A stretch of 62,846 nt of DNA from Chiloscyllium plagiosum (Eukaryota), in NCBI RefSeq assembly GCF_004010195.1, contig NC_057719.1:8178190-8241035 (forward strand). The letters are read 5' to 3'. The notes beneath the pieces are model-generated. The model ran no database searches. It had not been told where the DNA came from and was given only the letters and a program-made list of their open reading frames with translations. The position numbers were made by a program, and so were the translations under genes. This document shows positions 37,052 through 50,264 of this stretch, piece by piece. Positions within the stretch are counted from its first letter, which is position 1; every line of letters begins with the position of its first letter.

Positions 37052-37517
37052 TTATCGTTTGCTGTCCAACCAAGATGACAAGAAGATCGGAATTTGTCTC
37101 TATTCAAGGCTGAAGTTATAAACCCTGTGACCTGTTAAGTTCATGCTCAATTTCCTATAATCCTTTGATACATTGTGCCTCAAGGTTGAAAGATGTTGAG
37201 ACTGCCGATTGTACTAACCTTATTTTTGAAGGCTTGGCACCCACAAAGTGAGCCCAAAAGAAAACAGGTAACTCCGTGAGTGAAGGATCTAAAGGGGCAA
37301 TGGGCGAGAGGCAGGATTTAGTTGTCTCGAAAGACTGGAAATGGACATGAACCTAACCAACTGCACTAACAGTTATAGCTGAGGAAACCACCCACCGTCA
37401 TCTCCTGTACCTGTCTCACTCTCATTCCTGGAGGAAGGTGGCGGACAGAGGCATGACCCATGTGTGCTGCCTGACATGCATTTCCTCACCCCTTTATGAG
37501 GAGTGGATCCTGACTGT

Positions 37518-37640
37518 CCTGAGGAAGGGTCACCGCACTCGAAATGTAACTCTGATTTCTCTGCACAGATGCTGCTGGACCTGCTGAGCTTTTCCAGCAA
37601 TTTCTGTTTTCCTTTCTGATTTACAACATCCGCAGTTCTT
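37518..37640 (+). mobile_element. Penelope family C terminus
   Basis: ctgaggaagggtcaccgcactcgaaatg..cagatgctgctggacctgctgagcttttccagcaatttctg. Confidence 0.7.
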
Positions 37641-38689
37641 TCTGATCCTGACTGTGACGACCCCAAGGTGGCCCCTGACTGGGATTGGACACTGTCCTTG
37701 ATTTACTGTGCAGGGATCCTCTGAGAGAAGGCTGTAGCTCTTGACGTGACTGATGCCTCCTGTCCACCATGACAACCTTTCAGGCTTTGTATCCACAGTA
37801 AATGGCACAATGAGACAGCAGTGACATGAACCTGGTATCTCTGGCTGATGGGGAAAAGTGTAAAAAGACAAGGCAAGGTGAGCATTCAGATGGACTCAGA
37901 GTGAGTTGTACTAGGAGAGTGAGCAAAGAGCCTGAAGATGCAGCCTCGTGCAGATCTTGAGCTGAGGGTGTGTCCCTGATCACACTGTCCTTGCCGTAGT
38001 GTTACACTGAGAGTTACCAGTCCAGCCCAATGGGCAGCACTGAAGCGCAGAAACATTCTGTAAGTGTAAGGATATAAAAACTATAGTCCTCAGTTTTGTG
38101 TTGCTGCAAACATCACAGAATGAGAGACTAGTTCACAAACCTCTGTCCTATAATATAATCCTCTGTGACCATTTCAGCAGCTGAATACTGGACCGACTGA
38201 AGAGGAAGCAATCCTAATCCAAGATCGGAGATGTGCCATGAGGGTATTAAACATGTTGTGTGTCCTGTGCCCCCAGAGCAAGCCCTGAGATGTTGCTGCC
38301 CGGTTTCCAATGTGTGGGTCACTTTGGAGCAAGCGACTGGGCTGATGCCGCCAGGTACCTGCTCTGTTTTCCTTGGCACATTTTCCCAATGTTAACAGGT
38401 TTGGTAAAATGGGAGTCTGAAAATTAATGGAGCAAGTTGTGGCACTAACTAAACATTTAATAATCAGTAAAGAAGTCAATTGTCGTCTTGCTGCTGCTGA
38501 ATGAAAATTTCACCACGTCGTCAGTGGCAGGTGTAAAAGGTGGAGTGCGATGATCTCAACCTTGAGGTGGGTGTTCACCACAAAGCTCAGCATTGCTCAT
38601 GGCACTCAGAACCCTGTGAGATTCCACCCATTTGTAATAAAGCATTGTTCACAGGCTGTAGCCAGCTGGCATTATCACCCATACAAATT

Positions 38690-39175
38690 ATCCTGCAGGA
38701 GGTGGTGGTGAGCTGCCTTCTCAAATTGCTCCAGTCTGTGGGGAGTAGGAACCCTACAACTCTGTTAGGGAGCAAGCTTCAAGATTTTAACCCAGTGATG
38801 GGAAAGGAACAGCGATATATTTGCAAGTCAGGATTTTGTTTGACTTGGAGCAGAACATGTGATGTTCCCATGTCTTCTGTCCCATTCCTTCTTGGTGATA
38901 GAGGTCATGGATTTGGAAGGTGCTGATGGGAGTGTCTTTGGTGAGTTACTACAGTGCATCTTGTAGAAAGTACACACTGGGCATTTGGCGATGGAGGGAG
39001 TGAACATTGAAGGTGGTGGATGGGGTGTCAGTCAAATGGGCTGCTTTCCTCTGGACAGTGCAGAGCTTTAAGAATATTATTTAACCTGTACCCTTCCAGA
39101 CAAATGGAGAATGTTCTGTCACACTCCTGGCTGGTACTTTGTAGATGATTGACTGGCTTCAGGCAGTCGGGGGTT
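38690..39175 (-). mobile_element. Decayed 3' region of the LINE family seen at 25330-27570
   Basis: ggaggtggtggtgagctgccttct is the reverse complement of gaaggcagctcaccaccacctt (27471); further collinear matches. Confidence 0.7.
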
Positions 39176-39656
39176 TTAAATTCCTACACTCTGGCAAACC
39201 TCCCATTTTCTGTTTGCTTTATTCTATCGGACTTAATGAACTTTCCATTTTTATCTCATGGCAATGCCCAACTGTAATTAGTGCAATGTGTAGCCTACTC
39301 TATATCTTCCCAATAATATTTAAGAACTCACAGAAATTAGGAATATGAGTAGGCCATTCGGCCCTTCAATCCTGTTCCACCTTTCAATATCATCATGTTG
39401 ATCATCCAATCAGCCCTCTGCTCCCACTTTCTCCCCATACCCTGCGATTCTTTTCACCCTAAGAATTATATCTAACTCTTTCTTGAAAACATTCAATGTT
39501 TTGGCCTGAGCTATTTTCTGTGGCGACTTTACTGTGCAACAGAAGTAAAGTTTGTTGATCCAAAACACTACTTCCTTTCCACTTCAGTTATCGATTTTGC
39601 CTATCTCTCCAAAATGTTCCTTGTCCTCAATATTTAATTCAACTTCTCATTTCACT

Positions 39657-40053
39657 TAGAGTCATAGAGATGTACAGCATGGAAACAGACCCTTCAATCC
39701 AACTTGTCCATGCCGACCAGATATCCTAACCTTACCTACTCCCATTTGCCAGCACTTGGCCCATATCCCTCCAAACCCTTCCTATTCATATACCCATCCA
39801 GATGCTTTTTAAATACTATAATTGTACCAGCCTCCACCACTTCCTCTGGCAACTCATTCCATACATGTACCACCCTCTGTGTAAAAAAGTTGCCCCTTAG
39901 GCCCTTTTAATTTTTTCCCCTTTCAACCCTAAACCCTCTAGTTCTGGACTCCCCCATCCCAGGGAAAAGACTTTGCCTATCCATGTCCCTCATGATTTTA
40001 TAAACCTCTAAAAGGTCACCTCTCAGCTTTCAATGCTCCAGGGAAAATAGCCC
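39657..40053 (-). mobile_element. CR1 (HER1-like) 3' fragment
   Basis: tagagtcatagagatgtacagcatggaaacagaccc.. homologous to 19078 and 44120. Confidence 0.9.
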
Positions 40054-41041
40054 TTCCATTAAGACAGAGATTTAACAAAATATAAACAGGTTAACATTGC
40101 AAAGAAGGATAGCGTTAAGTGTTTGCTGTGCAAGTAGCCAAAACATGAGTGTAGAGCATGTGTACTTTGCGGCACTGAATATTTTTAAAGCCTCCCTCCT
40201 GTTTGCAACTTACTCTTACGGACAGATACTTATCAAGTCAGTGTGGCGTAAGTTTTACTCTGAACCCACACCAACCGGTCTCACTGAAGTCGCTATGAAG
40301 ATAGAGTCACATACATTCGCACTCGCGTAAAGTTAGCCGCATCATGTTAGTCAGGCAGGAGTCAAATCCAGCCCCTGGAGTGACAGGACAGAATAATAAG
40401 CTGTGCTCTTCACTGCCTATAATCATTGCAATTCTCGTAGAATAAAATGATAGTTATGTTTCTTTCATACAAAGCAAGCTTGCAAAAGGTTTAAACTTGG
40501 GTCTTACCTTAATGTTGTAGACACAATTTTAAAAGGGAACTGAATAAATGTACTGACTTTTGGATGGCAATGCCCCTATTATTTGATTCATAAACCCTAT
40601 AATCACTGTCATGTTCAGTCTGCAGGATGTGCTGAAGATGTATTTCTGGTCATTTGATGGGACTCGATGAGGTTTTTCAGTCAATGTCTAGCTGGTGGCA
40701 TTGTTTGTATTGAGTTACTCACTATAAGTTTGCTCATTTGAATGATACATTTTCCATCATTCAGTCCACTGTATATGTGCTGGCTTTTGGAAAGGGGTAT
40801 TCAATGTGTCCCAGTCTCCCACTCTTTCACCTTAGCCCTGCAATTTTCAAATATTTATCTATTTTTGTTAGAAAGTTACCAGTGAATCAGCCGTCATAAT
40901 ATCTCCCTCCATGGTATAATTTCTCCCCAACCCCCTTCTTAGTTTTGCCACTTATCTTAAATTTGTATCCTCTGATTCCTGACTGTTCTGCTAGTGGAAA
41001 CAGTTTCTTTCTGTTTATGGGTTAGACATGGTGGTAATATC

Positions 41042-41430
41042 AGAAAACAAAATGCTGGAGATCACAACGGGTCAGGGCGTATCTATGGAGAGAGAACAAG
41101 CTAACGTTTCATGTCTAGATAGCTCTTCGTCAGAGCTGAAGTGAAGTGTGGAGGGGGCAGTATTTATGCGATAGTACTGGGGGGTGTGGGCAGGAGACCT
41201 GGGGGAGAAAGGATGTTGATAGTTCAGATTAAAGAAACAACTGGAATTTCTGTCGGAGGGAAGCTCAAAACTTGTTCAAAGCTCCTCAAAGAAATATGGC
41301 AATTGATGAAACACAAATTACTGCAGATGCTGGAATCTGTTCGGAAAACAACAAATGCAGGACAGGCAGCATCCATTGAGAAAGAGACCAAGCTAACATT
41401 GCCTGTCTGATGACTCTTCCTCAGAGCTGA
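41042..41430 (-). mobile_element. Two Penelope-type termini (family D)
   Basis: aaatgctggagatcac..gctaacgtttc..ctcttcgtcagagctg and ..gctaacatt..ctcttcctcagagctg (decayed hammerhead cores on minus). Confidence 0.55.
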
Positions 41431-41864
41431 TGTGCAGTATCACAGGCCTAGTAAACAGAGGACCAATTGGTGTACAGGCACAGGATGCAATCCTGCAAAG
41501 GCAGTTGGTGGGATTTTAAATGCAATTAATGAATGCAGTAAATTTGATATTGAAAGCTGGTCTGGTTAACTGCACTCTGAATTGGCTTAACAAGCCACTC
41601 CGTTTTACCAAACTGCCTCAGGTTCAGATGAACTGCAGCTGTTCAATAAGGCCACCTTCTTGCGCACATTTCCTGATAAACTTTAAAAAAACACATCAGG
41701 GCACTTCCTGATTTCAAACACCTTTATTAATTTTCCTGGCAATTTTGCCAGCTCTTCGTAAAATTATCTCAACCTCACTAGTCTTCCCACACAACTGATT
41801 CTGTCGTCCTTCTCATCTTCCTGTCTCAGCAATGAACAATCACCACCATAGCCACTAATAGTGT

Positions 41865-42195
41865 TAATTTAATTTAATAGAATCCCCACTGTGTGGAAAC
41901 AGGCCATTTGGCCCAACAAGTCCACATTGACCCTCCAAAGAGTAACCCACCCAGACCCATTCTGCTATCCTATTACCCAAGTCTAATGCATCCAATCCAT
42001 ACATCCCTGAACACTATGGGCAATATAGCATGACCAATCCACATAACCTGCATACCTTTGGACTGTGGGAGGAAAACAAAGTAGACATGGGGAGAATGTC
42101 TGTGTGGAGCTTGCACAATCGGCCAAGGCTGGAATCGAACCTGGGTCCCTGGCCCTATGAGGCAGTAGTGTTAACCACAGAGCCACCGTGCTACC
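41865..42195 (-). mobile_element. HE1-like SINE
   Basis: Reverse complement of the HE1-type head, body and tail. Confidence 0.85.
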
Positions 42196-42243
42196 TTCAT
42201 AATGAATTACATTAGAGCAATTATAAGCAACTCTCCAGTGAAG

Positions 42244-42707
42244 TAGAATCAGATAGCATGGAAACAGTCCCTTCGGTTCAACCAGTCCATGCCAAACATA
42301 ATCCCAAAGTAAACTAGTCCCACCTGCCTGCTCCCGGTCCATATCCCTCCAAACCTTTCCTATTCATGTACTTATCCAAATGTCTTTTAAATGTTGTAAT
42401 TTTGTACTCGCATCCAAAACTTTCTGTGGAAATTCATTCCACATGTGAACCACCCTCTAATAAAAATTTGATCCTGACATTATTTTTAATACTTTCTCCT
42501 CTCACCTTAAAAATGCGCCCCTTAGTCTTGAGATAACCCATTGTTGGGAAAAGACAGCTACCATTAACTCCATCTATATCCCTCATTATTTTATAAACTT
42601 CTATCAGGATGCATCTCAACCTCCTACACTCCAGTGAAAGAAGTCCTTTCCTTATAACTCAAACCTTCCATACCCAGCAACGTCCTGGCAAATCTCATCT
42701 GAACCTT
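42244..42707 (-). mobile_element. CR1 3' fragment
   Basis: LIEVYKIMRDIDG..LFP..FKVRGE; tail motif. Confidence 0.8.
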
Positions 42708-43865
42708 CCTTCTGAGTTCCCCTCCAAGTTGCACACCATCCTCCCTTCAGTATTGCTGGGTGATAATCAATGATTGTGATGTGCTGCATTTTGTGGCTTC
42801 CCCTCTATCCTTCTTCTCATAAATGCCAACAGATTTCCCATAAAGATCATAAGGTAATTTTTTTTCCTGACATTTCAAGCCTTAGTTTTCGGTTTATTGG
42901 ACCAATAACAGGCACAGTTTGTTACGATACGGTTTCAGCTGCTCTTGGCCAGGGGAGTCCAATCTAAATCAAATCAGGGGAAATCAAAAAGCTCAGTTGG
43001 TCTGACTCCAATTTAGTAAGCAATTGAATCATTTTATTTTCTCCATGTATTTGGCCTTTAAAAATCTGGTCGGAGTGTTTTGGATATAACACAATGTGTT
43101 CAATTGAGTGAAGTTACTGGATTTGATTGTTCTTTTAATGTGGAGCCATTTGATCCATGCCTCTATGGTATATCAGTCCAAGTGGAAATAGAAGTATTTT
43201 TGGCAGAAAGACAAGTTTCTCAGTTAGCAAATGCCCATTAGCTTGCTTTTTGTGTTCCACATAAATTGAAACATCTGATGAACATGACTGTACTGTTTCA
43301 TTCATTAAGTGTTTGGAGGCAGGGGACCACAGCACAGAGACCAGGTAAAATGTCCAATTATCCCAACAAGAATCAATCCTCTCCTAACTGAAGGTTTCGG
43401 AAAACAAGCAGCGGGAGAAAATGCAACTCCCCTGAAGCGTGACAAGCTTTTCCAGTGAAGAATTGAGTCATTCAGAGGAAAAAGGTCGGTGGCTCCTGTT
43501 TGCTCCTAGTTAGCTCATCACTCTTAAGGTCAACGATACAATCGGATGTTACAAGTGAGAAATAATGGGCCATTGTGTTACAAGATTACATGATGCTCAC
43601 GAATGAGAAAGGCCATTCAGTCCATCTATCCATAACATTCCCTGCTGGTTTGAACCTGCATCCCATTCGCCCAGTATTTTGTTTATTCTAATGAAGAATT
43701 ATTGCTACAATCTAATTGATAGATGATAATTCCAGATCATTTTACTGTCTTGCATATCTGTCAGATGGCAGCCTTTTCCAAGAGCTGACTTATTCGAGTC
43801 TTCTCTCATGAAACACATGCCTAACAAAAGAGCCCACTTAGAGTCAGAGAGATGTCATAGAGACA

Positions 43866-44120
43866 TTAGGGGAAAGGTATAAAGGAGACGTCAGAGATAG
43901 GTTCTTTATGCAGTGAGTTGTGAATGCATGGAATGTGTTGCCAGCGGTGGTGGTGGAAGCAGAGTCATTGGGACATCTAAGTGACTGCTGGACAGGAACA
44001 TGGAGAGCAGTGAGTTGAGGGGTGGGAAGGTTAAGTTATTATTTTTTACATTAGGATTAAACCTCGGCACGACACTGTGGGCCAAAGGGCCTGTTCTGTG
44101 CTGTACTTTTCTATGTTCTA
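43866..44120 (+). mobile_element. CR1 second-subfamily 3' fragment inserted into the tail of the adjacent HER1-like copy
   Basis: Homologous to 12876-13145. The host tail is split into agagtcagagagatgt (43840-43855) and atgtacagcatgg (44120). Confidence 0.8.
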
Positions 44121-45250
44121 TGTACAGCATGGAAACAAACCCTTCGGTCCAACCTGTCCATGCCGACCAGATATCCCAACCCAATCTAGTCCCACCTGCC
44201 AGTACCCAGCCCATATCCTTCCAAACCCTTCCTATTCATATACCCATCCAGATGCCTTTTAAATGTTGCAATTGTACCAGCCTCCAACACTTCCTCTGGC
44301 AGCTCATTCCATACACGCATCACCTTCTGTGTGAAAATGTTACCCCTTATGTTTCTTTTATATCTTTCCCCTTCTCAGCCTAAACCTATGCCCTCTAGTT
44401 CTAGACTCCCCCACCCCAGGGAAGAGACTTTGTCTATTTATCCTATCCGTGACCCTCATGATTTTATAAACCTCCATAAGGTCATCCCTCAACCTCCGAG
44501 GCTCCAGGGAAAACAGCCCTAGTCTCTTCAACCTCTCCGTATAGCTCAAATCCTCCGACCCTGGCAACATCCTTGTAGATCTTTTCTGAACCCTTTCAAG
44601 TTTCACAACATCCTCCTGATAGGAAGGAGACCAGAATTGCACGCAATATTCCAACAGTGGCCTAACCAACAGCCACAACATGACCTCCCAACTCCTGTAC
44701 TCAGTACTCTGACCAATAAAGTAAAGCATACCAAACGCCTTCTTCATTATCCTATCTACCTGTGACTCCACTTTCAAGGAGCTATGAAGCTGCACTCCAA
44801 GGTCTCTTTGTTTAGCAACACTCCCTAGGACCTTATCATTAAATGTATATGTCCTGCTAAGATTTGCTTTCTCAAAATGCAGCACCTCACATTTATCTAA
44901 ACTAAACTCCATCTGCCAGTTCTCAGGCCATTGGCCAATCTAGTCAAGATCCTGTTGTAATCCGAGGTAACCTTATTTCCTGTCCACTACACCTCCAATT
45001 TTGATGTCATCTGCAAACTTACTAACTACACCTCCTATGTTCATATCCAAATCATTTATATAAACGATGAAAAGTGATGGACCCAGCACCGATCCTTGTG
45101 GCACTCCATTGGTCACTGGCCTCCAGTCTGAAAAACAACCCTCGACCACCACCCTCTGTCTTATACCTTTGAGCTAGTTCTCCCTGTATTCCATGAGATC
45201 TGACCTTGCCAACCAGTCTCCCATGGGGAACCTTGTCGAACGCCTTGTCC
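44120..45250 (-). mobile_element. CR1 (HER1-like) RT to 3' end
   Basis: KAFDKVPHG..MEFSLDKCEVLHF..LEYCVQFWSP..LGLFSLE. Confidence 0.9.
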
Positions 45251-45324
45251 ACTTCTTGTCTTCTCTTTGCATATCTCTAATGCCTGAACGTTTTTATACG
45301 TCCATGGGAAAGAGTCGTCACTGA

Positions 45325-45607
45325 CCAGACCGACATTTATTGCCCATTCCTCATTGCCACAGGTCTGAAGTCATGTGTAGACCAGGTAAGGATGGTAGTT
45401 TCCTTCCCTAAAGGGCATTGGTGAACCAGATGGGAATTGACGATGGATTCATGGTAATCATTAGACTCTTAATTCCAGATTTTATTTTTCAATTGAATTC
45501 AAATTCTACTATCTGCTGTGGTGGGATTATGAACCTGAATTCCCAGGATGTTACCTGGGTCTTTGGATTAACAGTCCAGCGATAATACCATGAGGCCATC
45601 ACCTCCC
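45325..45607 (-). mobile_element. SacSINE1/DeuSINE-like SINE
   Basis: Reverse complement of the family at 7275. Confidence 0.7.
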
Positions 45608-45645
45608 CAGTGAATGTCCTTACTCCTCGCGGAAAAAACACAAGA

Positions 45646-46639
45646 ACCGTATGGGATCTAACCAGGTTACTGAGGCGAGTGAGAGAGGAAATAGCTGGGG
45701 CTTTAACAGATATCTTTGCAGCACCTTTGAACATGGAGGGGGGGAGGTCCCAGAGGACTGGAGAATTGCTGATGTTGTCCCCGTGCTTAAGAAGGGTAAC
45801 AGGGATAATCCTGTGAGCCTGACACCAGTGATAAGGAAGCTACTGAAGAAGATACTAAGGGATAGGATATATACCCATTTGGAAGAAAATGGGCTTATCA
45901 ATGATAGGCAGCATGGTTTTGTGCAGGGAAGGTCATGTCTTACAAACCTAATAGAATTCTCTGAAGAGGTGACAAGGTTGATTGATGAGGGAAGGGATGT
46001 AGATGTCATACACATGGACTTTAGCAAGGCGTTTGATAAGGTTCACCGTGGTAGGCTGATGAAGAAGGTGAAGTCGCGTGGGGTCTAGGGTGTTCTAGCT
46101 CGAGAATAGAGAACCCTTTGGGCAACAGGAGACAGAGAGTAGTAGTGGAAGGGAGCTTCTCAAAATGGAGACCTGTGACCAGTGATGTCCCACAGGGATT
46201 CGCGCTGGGACCACTGTTGTTTGTGATAAACGTGAATGATTTGGAGGAAGGTGTAGGTTGCCTCATTAACAAGTTTGTAGATGATACTAAGATTGATGGA
46301 GTAGCCGATACTGAAGGGGACTGTCAGAGAATTCAGCAGAATATAGATAGATTGGAGAGTTGGGCAGAGAAATGGCAGGTGGAGTTCAATCTGGACAAAT
46401 GCGAGGTGATACATTTTGGAAGATGCAATTCCAGAGCGAACTATACAGTAAATGGAAAAGTCCTGGGGAAAATTGATGTACAGAGAGATCCAGATGTTCA
46501 GGTCCATTATTTCCTGAAGGTGGTAACACAGGTCAGTAGAGTGATCAGGAAGACATACGGCATAGGACAGCGTATCGAGTACAAGAGTTGGCAGGTCATG
46601 TTACACTTGTATAAGACTTTGGTTCGGCCACATTTAGAA
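45646..46639 (+). mobile_element. CR1 LINE RT fragment
   Basis: PEDWRIADVVPVLKKG..RQHGFVQGRSCLTNL..DFSKAFDKV..VPQG..KFVDDTK..LVRPHLE. Confidence 0.9.
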
Positions 46640-47782
46640 TCCTGGCCTCCACAGCCTTCAGGAGAATTCCATAGATTCCCCACTCTCTGGCTGGAGAAGT
46701 TTGTCCTTATGTCCATTCTAAAAAGTCTTCCCTTTACTCTAAGGTTGTGCTCACAGATGATGAGTAGCACTTTGTTGAGGTACCTATAGATTTAACAATC
46801 TGGGATGAGGACTAGATGGATTAGAATGACATATTCCAGTTATTGGAGGGTTGGTAACTAGTGTTTTCAGATTGAATGTGATTGGAAAAGGAGCCTGTGG
46901 GGATCTGAGGGAAATGTTGTTTTTGCAGAATCATAGAAGTGTTACGGTGCAGAGGAGGCCATTTAGTTCACAGCCTGTGAATTAGGGCCAGACTCTTCAG
47001 GAGAGATGTTCAGAAGTATTTCTAAATACGAAGGATGGTAGATGTTCGGAACTGTCTTCCACAAACAATAGTTAATGCTGGATCAGTTGTTAGTTTTAAA
47101 TCTGAAGTAGATAGGTGTTTGTTAAGCAATGATAGTAAAGGATATGGGCCAAACTTAGGCCTCCGATCAACCACGATCCCATTGAGCAGGCTTGAGGGGC
47201 TGAATGGCCTACTCCTGTTCTGATGTTGAACCCATTGTGTCTGCACAGGTTCTGCAAACTAACATTATGCCTAAATGCTTATCTTTTCCCTATACCTTTC
47301 CATATTATTGAAATATAAAGAATCATCCAATGGCTTCTTTGAACTGCCATGTTTTCAGCCAGTGCATCCCAGACTCCAATCTCTTGTTCACGACGGCTTT
47401 TGTCTCACCACGTTTCTTCCTTTTGCAAATCAGTTAAAATCAATGCCCTCTTGTTCCTGTTCCTTTAGTCAGCAAGATTAGATCCAGAATTCTGATCTCA
47501 GAGTAGGATAAAAGGCCAGCACAACATGCCGGGCTGAAGGGCCTGTACTGCGCTATACTGATCTACATTCTATGTATAATCTGCTGCCAAAAAAGAGAGT
47601 GGAATCTGATTCAATTCCAAAAGGGAGTAAGTGGTATACTTAAAAAGCAAAAACAAAACACAGGGCTTTTGCAGAGCGAATGGGGCACTAATTGCCTAGC
47701 TCTCTCAAAGGGCTTGTGCAGGCCCGATGGGTGAATGGCCTCTCTCTTGGCTCTATCACTCTATTTATTCCATCTCAGATGG

Positions 47783-47955
47783 TGAAGTTTGAATTCAATA
47801 AAATTATGGAATAAAATATTAGTAGCTGTCAATTGCTGTAAAAGCCCATCTGAATCATGTCTTTTCGGGAAGGAAACTGCCAACCTTACCAGGTCTGGCC
47901 TACACGTGACTCCAGACCCACAGGATCTGGAGTCACAGTCAATCCAAAATAACTG
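47783..47955 (+). repeat. Arm 1 of a perfect 173 bp inverted duplication (decayed SacSINE1-like body)
   Basis: Identical by eye to the reverse complement of 48588-48760. Confidence 0.9.
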
Positions 47956-47964
47956 CCCTCTGGG

Positions 47965-48466
47965 ATAGAACAGAGAACAGTACAGCATAGGAACAGGCCA
48001 TTCGGCCCACCATGTTGGTGCCAACCATGACACCATTCTAAACTAATCACATTTGCCTACACATGGTCCATGCCACTGTATTCTCTGTCTGTTCATGTGT
48101 CTGTCTAAATGCCTGTAAAACATTGCTTTTGTATCTGCTGCCCACCAATTTTCCTGGCAGAGCATTCCCGGCACCATTACTCTCTGTGTTCAAATTTCTC
48201 GCACATCTCCTATAAAATCAGCTCCACCTCGCCTCGCCTTAAACCTATGTCCCCTAGTGTTTGGCATTTCCACCTTGGGAAAAAGACTCTGCCTATCCAC
48301 CTGATCCAGGCCTCTCATAATTTTATACACTTCTATCAGATTGCCTCTCAGCTCCAGCAAAAACAATCCATGTTTGTCTAACCTCTCCTTATAGCGAATC
48401 CACTCCAATCCAGACAGCATCCTAATGAACCTCTTTTCCAAAGCCTCCACATCCTTCCTGTAGTGT
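47965..48466 (-). mobile_element. CR1 3' fragment inserted in a SacSINE1-like SINE
   Basis: PHYRKDVEALEKRFIRML..LIEVYKIMRGLD; the SINE tail resumes at ~48467 (gggatgggcagtaaatgctg). Confidence 0.8.
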
Positions 48467-48587
48467 GGGGATGGGCAGTAAATGCTGACCATGCCAGTCA
48501 TATCCATACCTCATGAACAAGTAAAGGAAAAATGTCTTTAATGCGAAGGTTTAAAGCTCAGGGTTCTTCTTCATTACTAATTTGGTT

Positions 48588-48760
48588 CAGTTATTTTGGA
48601 TTGACTGTGACTCCAGATCCTGTGGGTCTGGAGTCACGTGTAGGCCAGACCTGGTAAGGTTGGCAGTTTCCTTCCCGAAAAGACATGATTCAGATGGGCT
48701 TTTACAGCAATTGACAGCTACTAATATTTTATTCCATAATTTTATTGAATTCAAACTTCA
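48588..48760 (-). repeat. Arm 2 of the perfect 173 bp inverted duplication
   Basis: Reverse complement of 47783-47955, including copy-specific variants. Confidence 0.9.
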
Positions 48761-48769
48761 AACTTCATG

Positions 48770-49292
48770 GAATCAATTTATGTAAAGGGGCAGTACAGAG
48801 AGATCTGGGTGTTCTTGTACACCAGTCAATGAAGGCAAGCATGCAGGTACAGCAGGTAGTGAAGAAGGCTAACAGCATGCTGGCCTTCATAACAAGAGGA
48901 ATTGAGTATAGAAGCAAAGAGGTGCTTCTGCAGCTGTACAGGGCCCTGGTGAGACCACACCTGGAGTACTGTCAACAGTTTTGGTCTCCTGACTGTCTCC
49001 AATACCAGTTTCTTCAGATAAGGTTAGTTAGGCTGAGCCCAGGAATGGAGAGACTGTCTTATGAGGAGACGTGGTACAGGTTGGAATATTGCCACAGGGG
49101 GCAGTAGAGGCCCACTCACTGGATTCATTTAAGAAGGAGTTGGATAGAGCTCTCAAAGATAGTGGAATCAAGGGTTATGGAGATAAGGCAGGAACAGGAT
49201 ACTGATTAGGAATGATCAGCCATGATTATATTGAATGGCGGTGCAGGCTCGAAGGGCTGAATGGCCTACTCCTGCATCTATTGTCTATTGTC
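48770..49292 (+). mobile_element. 5'-truncated CR1 fragment with internal deletions
   Basis: VQRDLGVLVH..KKANSMLAFITRGIEYRSKEVLLQLYRALVRPHLEYC; tail gggctgaatggcctactcctgcatctattgtctattgtc. Confidence 0.85.
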
Positions 49293-49459
49293 ATAGTCGG
49301 TGGCATTCTGAGCAATGAGTCAGAAAGTTGTGGGTCAAGACTCATTCTCAGATTTGGGTTTTGATTGTGCATTGCATCACTGCATTGCTAGCCTTTGAGC
49401 GAGGTTTTAGACCAAAGTCCTGTCGACAGATTCAGATAGACATCCATGGTCTTGGTACG

Positions 49460-49865
49460 AAAGCAGAAATTACTGAAGAAACTCAGCACGTCTGGTAGCA
49501 TCTGTGGAGAGTAAGGATGATCTGTCCTACCTGCCAATCTTCCTTCCCAGATAGCCACCCTCGTCTCTGACCTATCACCTTCGTCCTCACCTCCATCCAC
49601 CTATTGTACTCTTTGCTACCTTCCCCCCAGTCCCACCCCCCTCCCATTTATCTCTCCACCCCGGAGGCTCCCTGCCTTCATTCCTGATGAAGAGCTTTTG
49701 CCTGAAATGTCGATTCTCTTGCTCCCCGGATGCTGCCTGACCTGCTGTGCTTTTCCAGCACCACACTCTCGACTCTGATCTCCAGCATCTGCAGTCCTCA
49801 CCTTTGCCCTCTTTGGAGGGAGAGCAGAATCAGCGTTGAGAGTCCAGTGACCTTTCGTCAGAATT
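49460..49865. mobile_element. Penelope family B 3' region (plus, ~49520-49810) nested in a family C terminus (minus)
   Basis: ctgatgaagagcttttgcctgaaatgtc at 49684; the flanks join into a family C terminus. Confidence 0.7.
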
Positions 49866-50264
49866 CACAAACATGATCCTGGTACCATGGTTGAGGGAAA
49901 AAACCCAGAAATACCATCAAGTACTCTTTCCACCTTTCTACCCTCACGTTTATCCCAACAAGAACTTGAATTTATGTTGCATCTTTAATGGAATCAAACA
50001 TTCCAATGTCCTTTGTGAGGGATGTTTCAAACTGAGTTTGATATGGAGTCACATCAGAAGGTGTTAGGGTAAATGACCAAAAATGTACAGGGGCACAAAT
50101 GAATATCCACCTCTGTGTATAAACTTAAAGATAACTGAAGACAATTAACATAGAATTGACGAATAGAACTTGGTGCATATAAGGACAAAAGTTGTGGAAT
50201 GTCAGGTTTTCAGAGGCTGAGAGGGCAGGAAGCTGGCCAAGATTGTATTGGAATAATGGTCACA

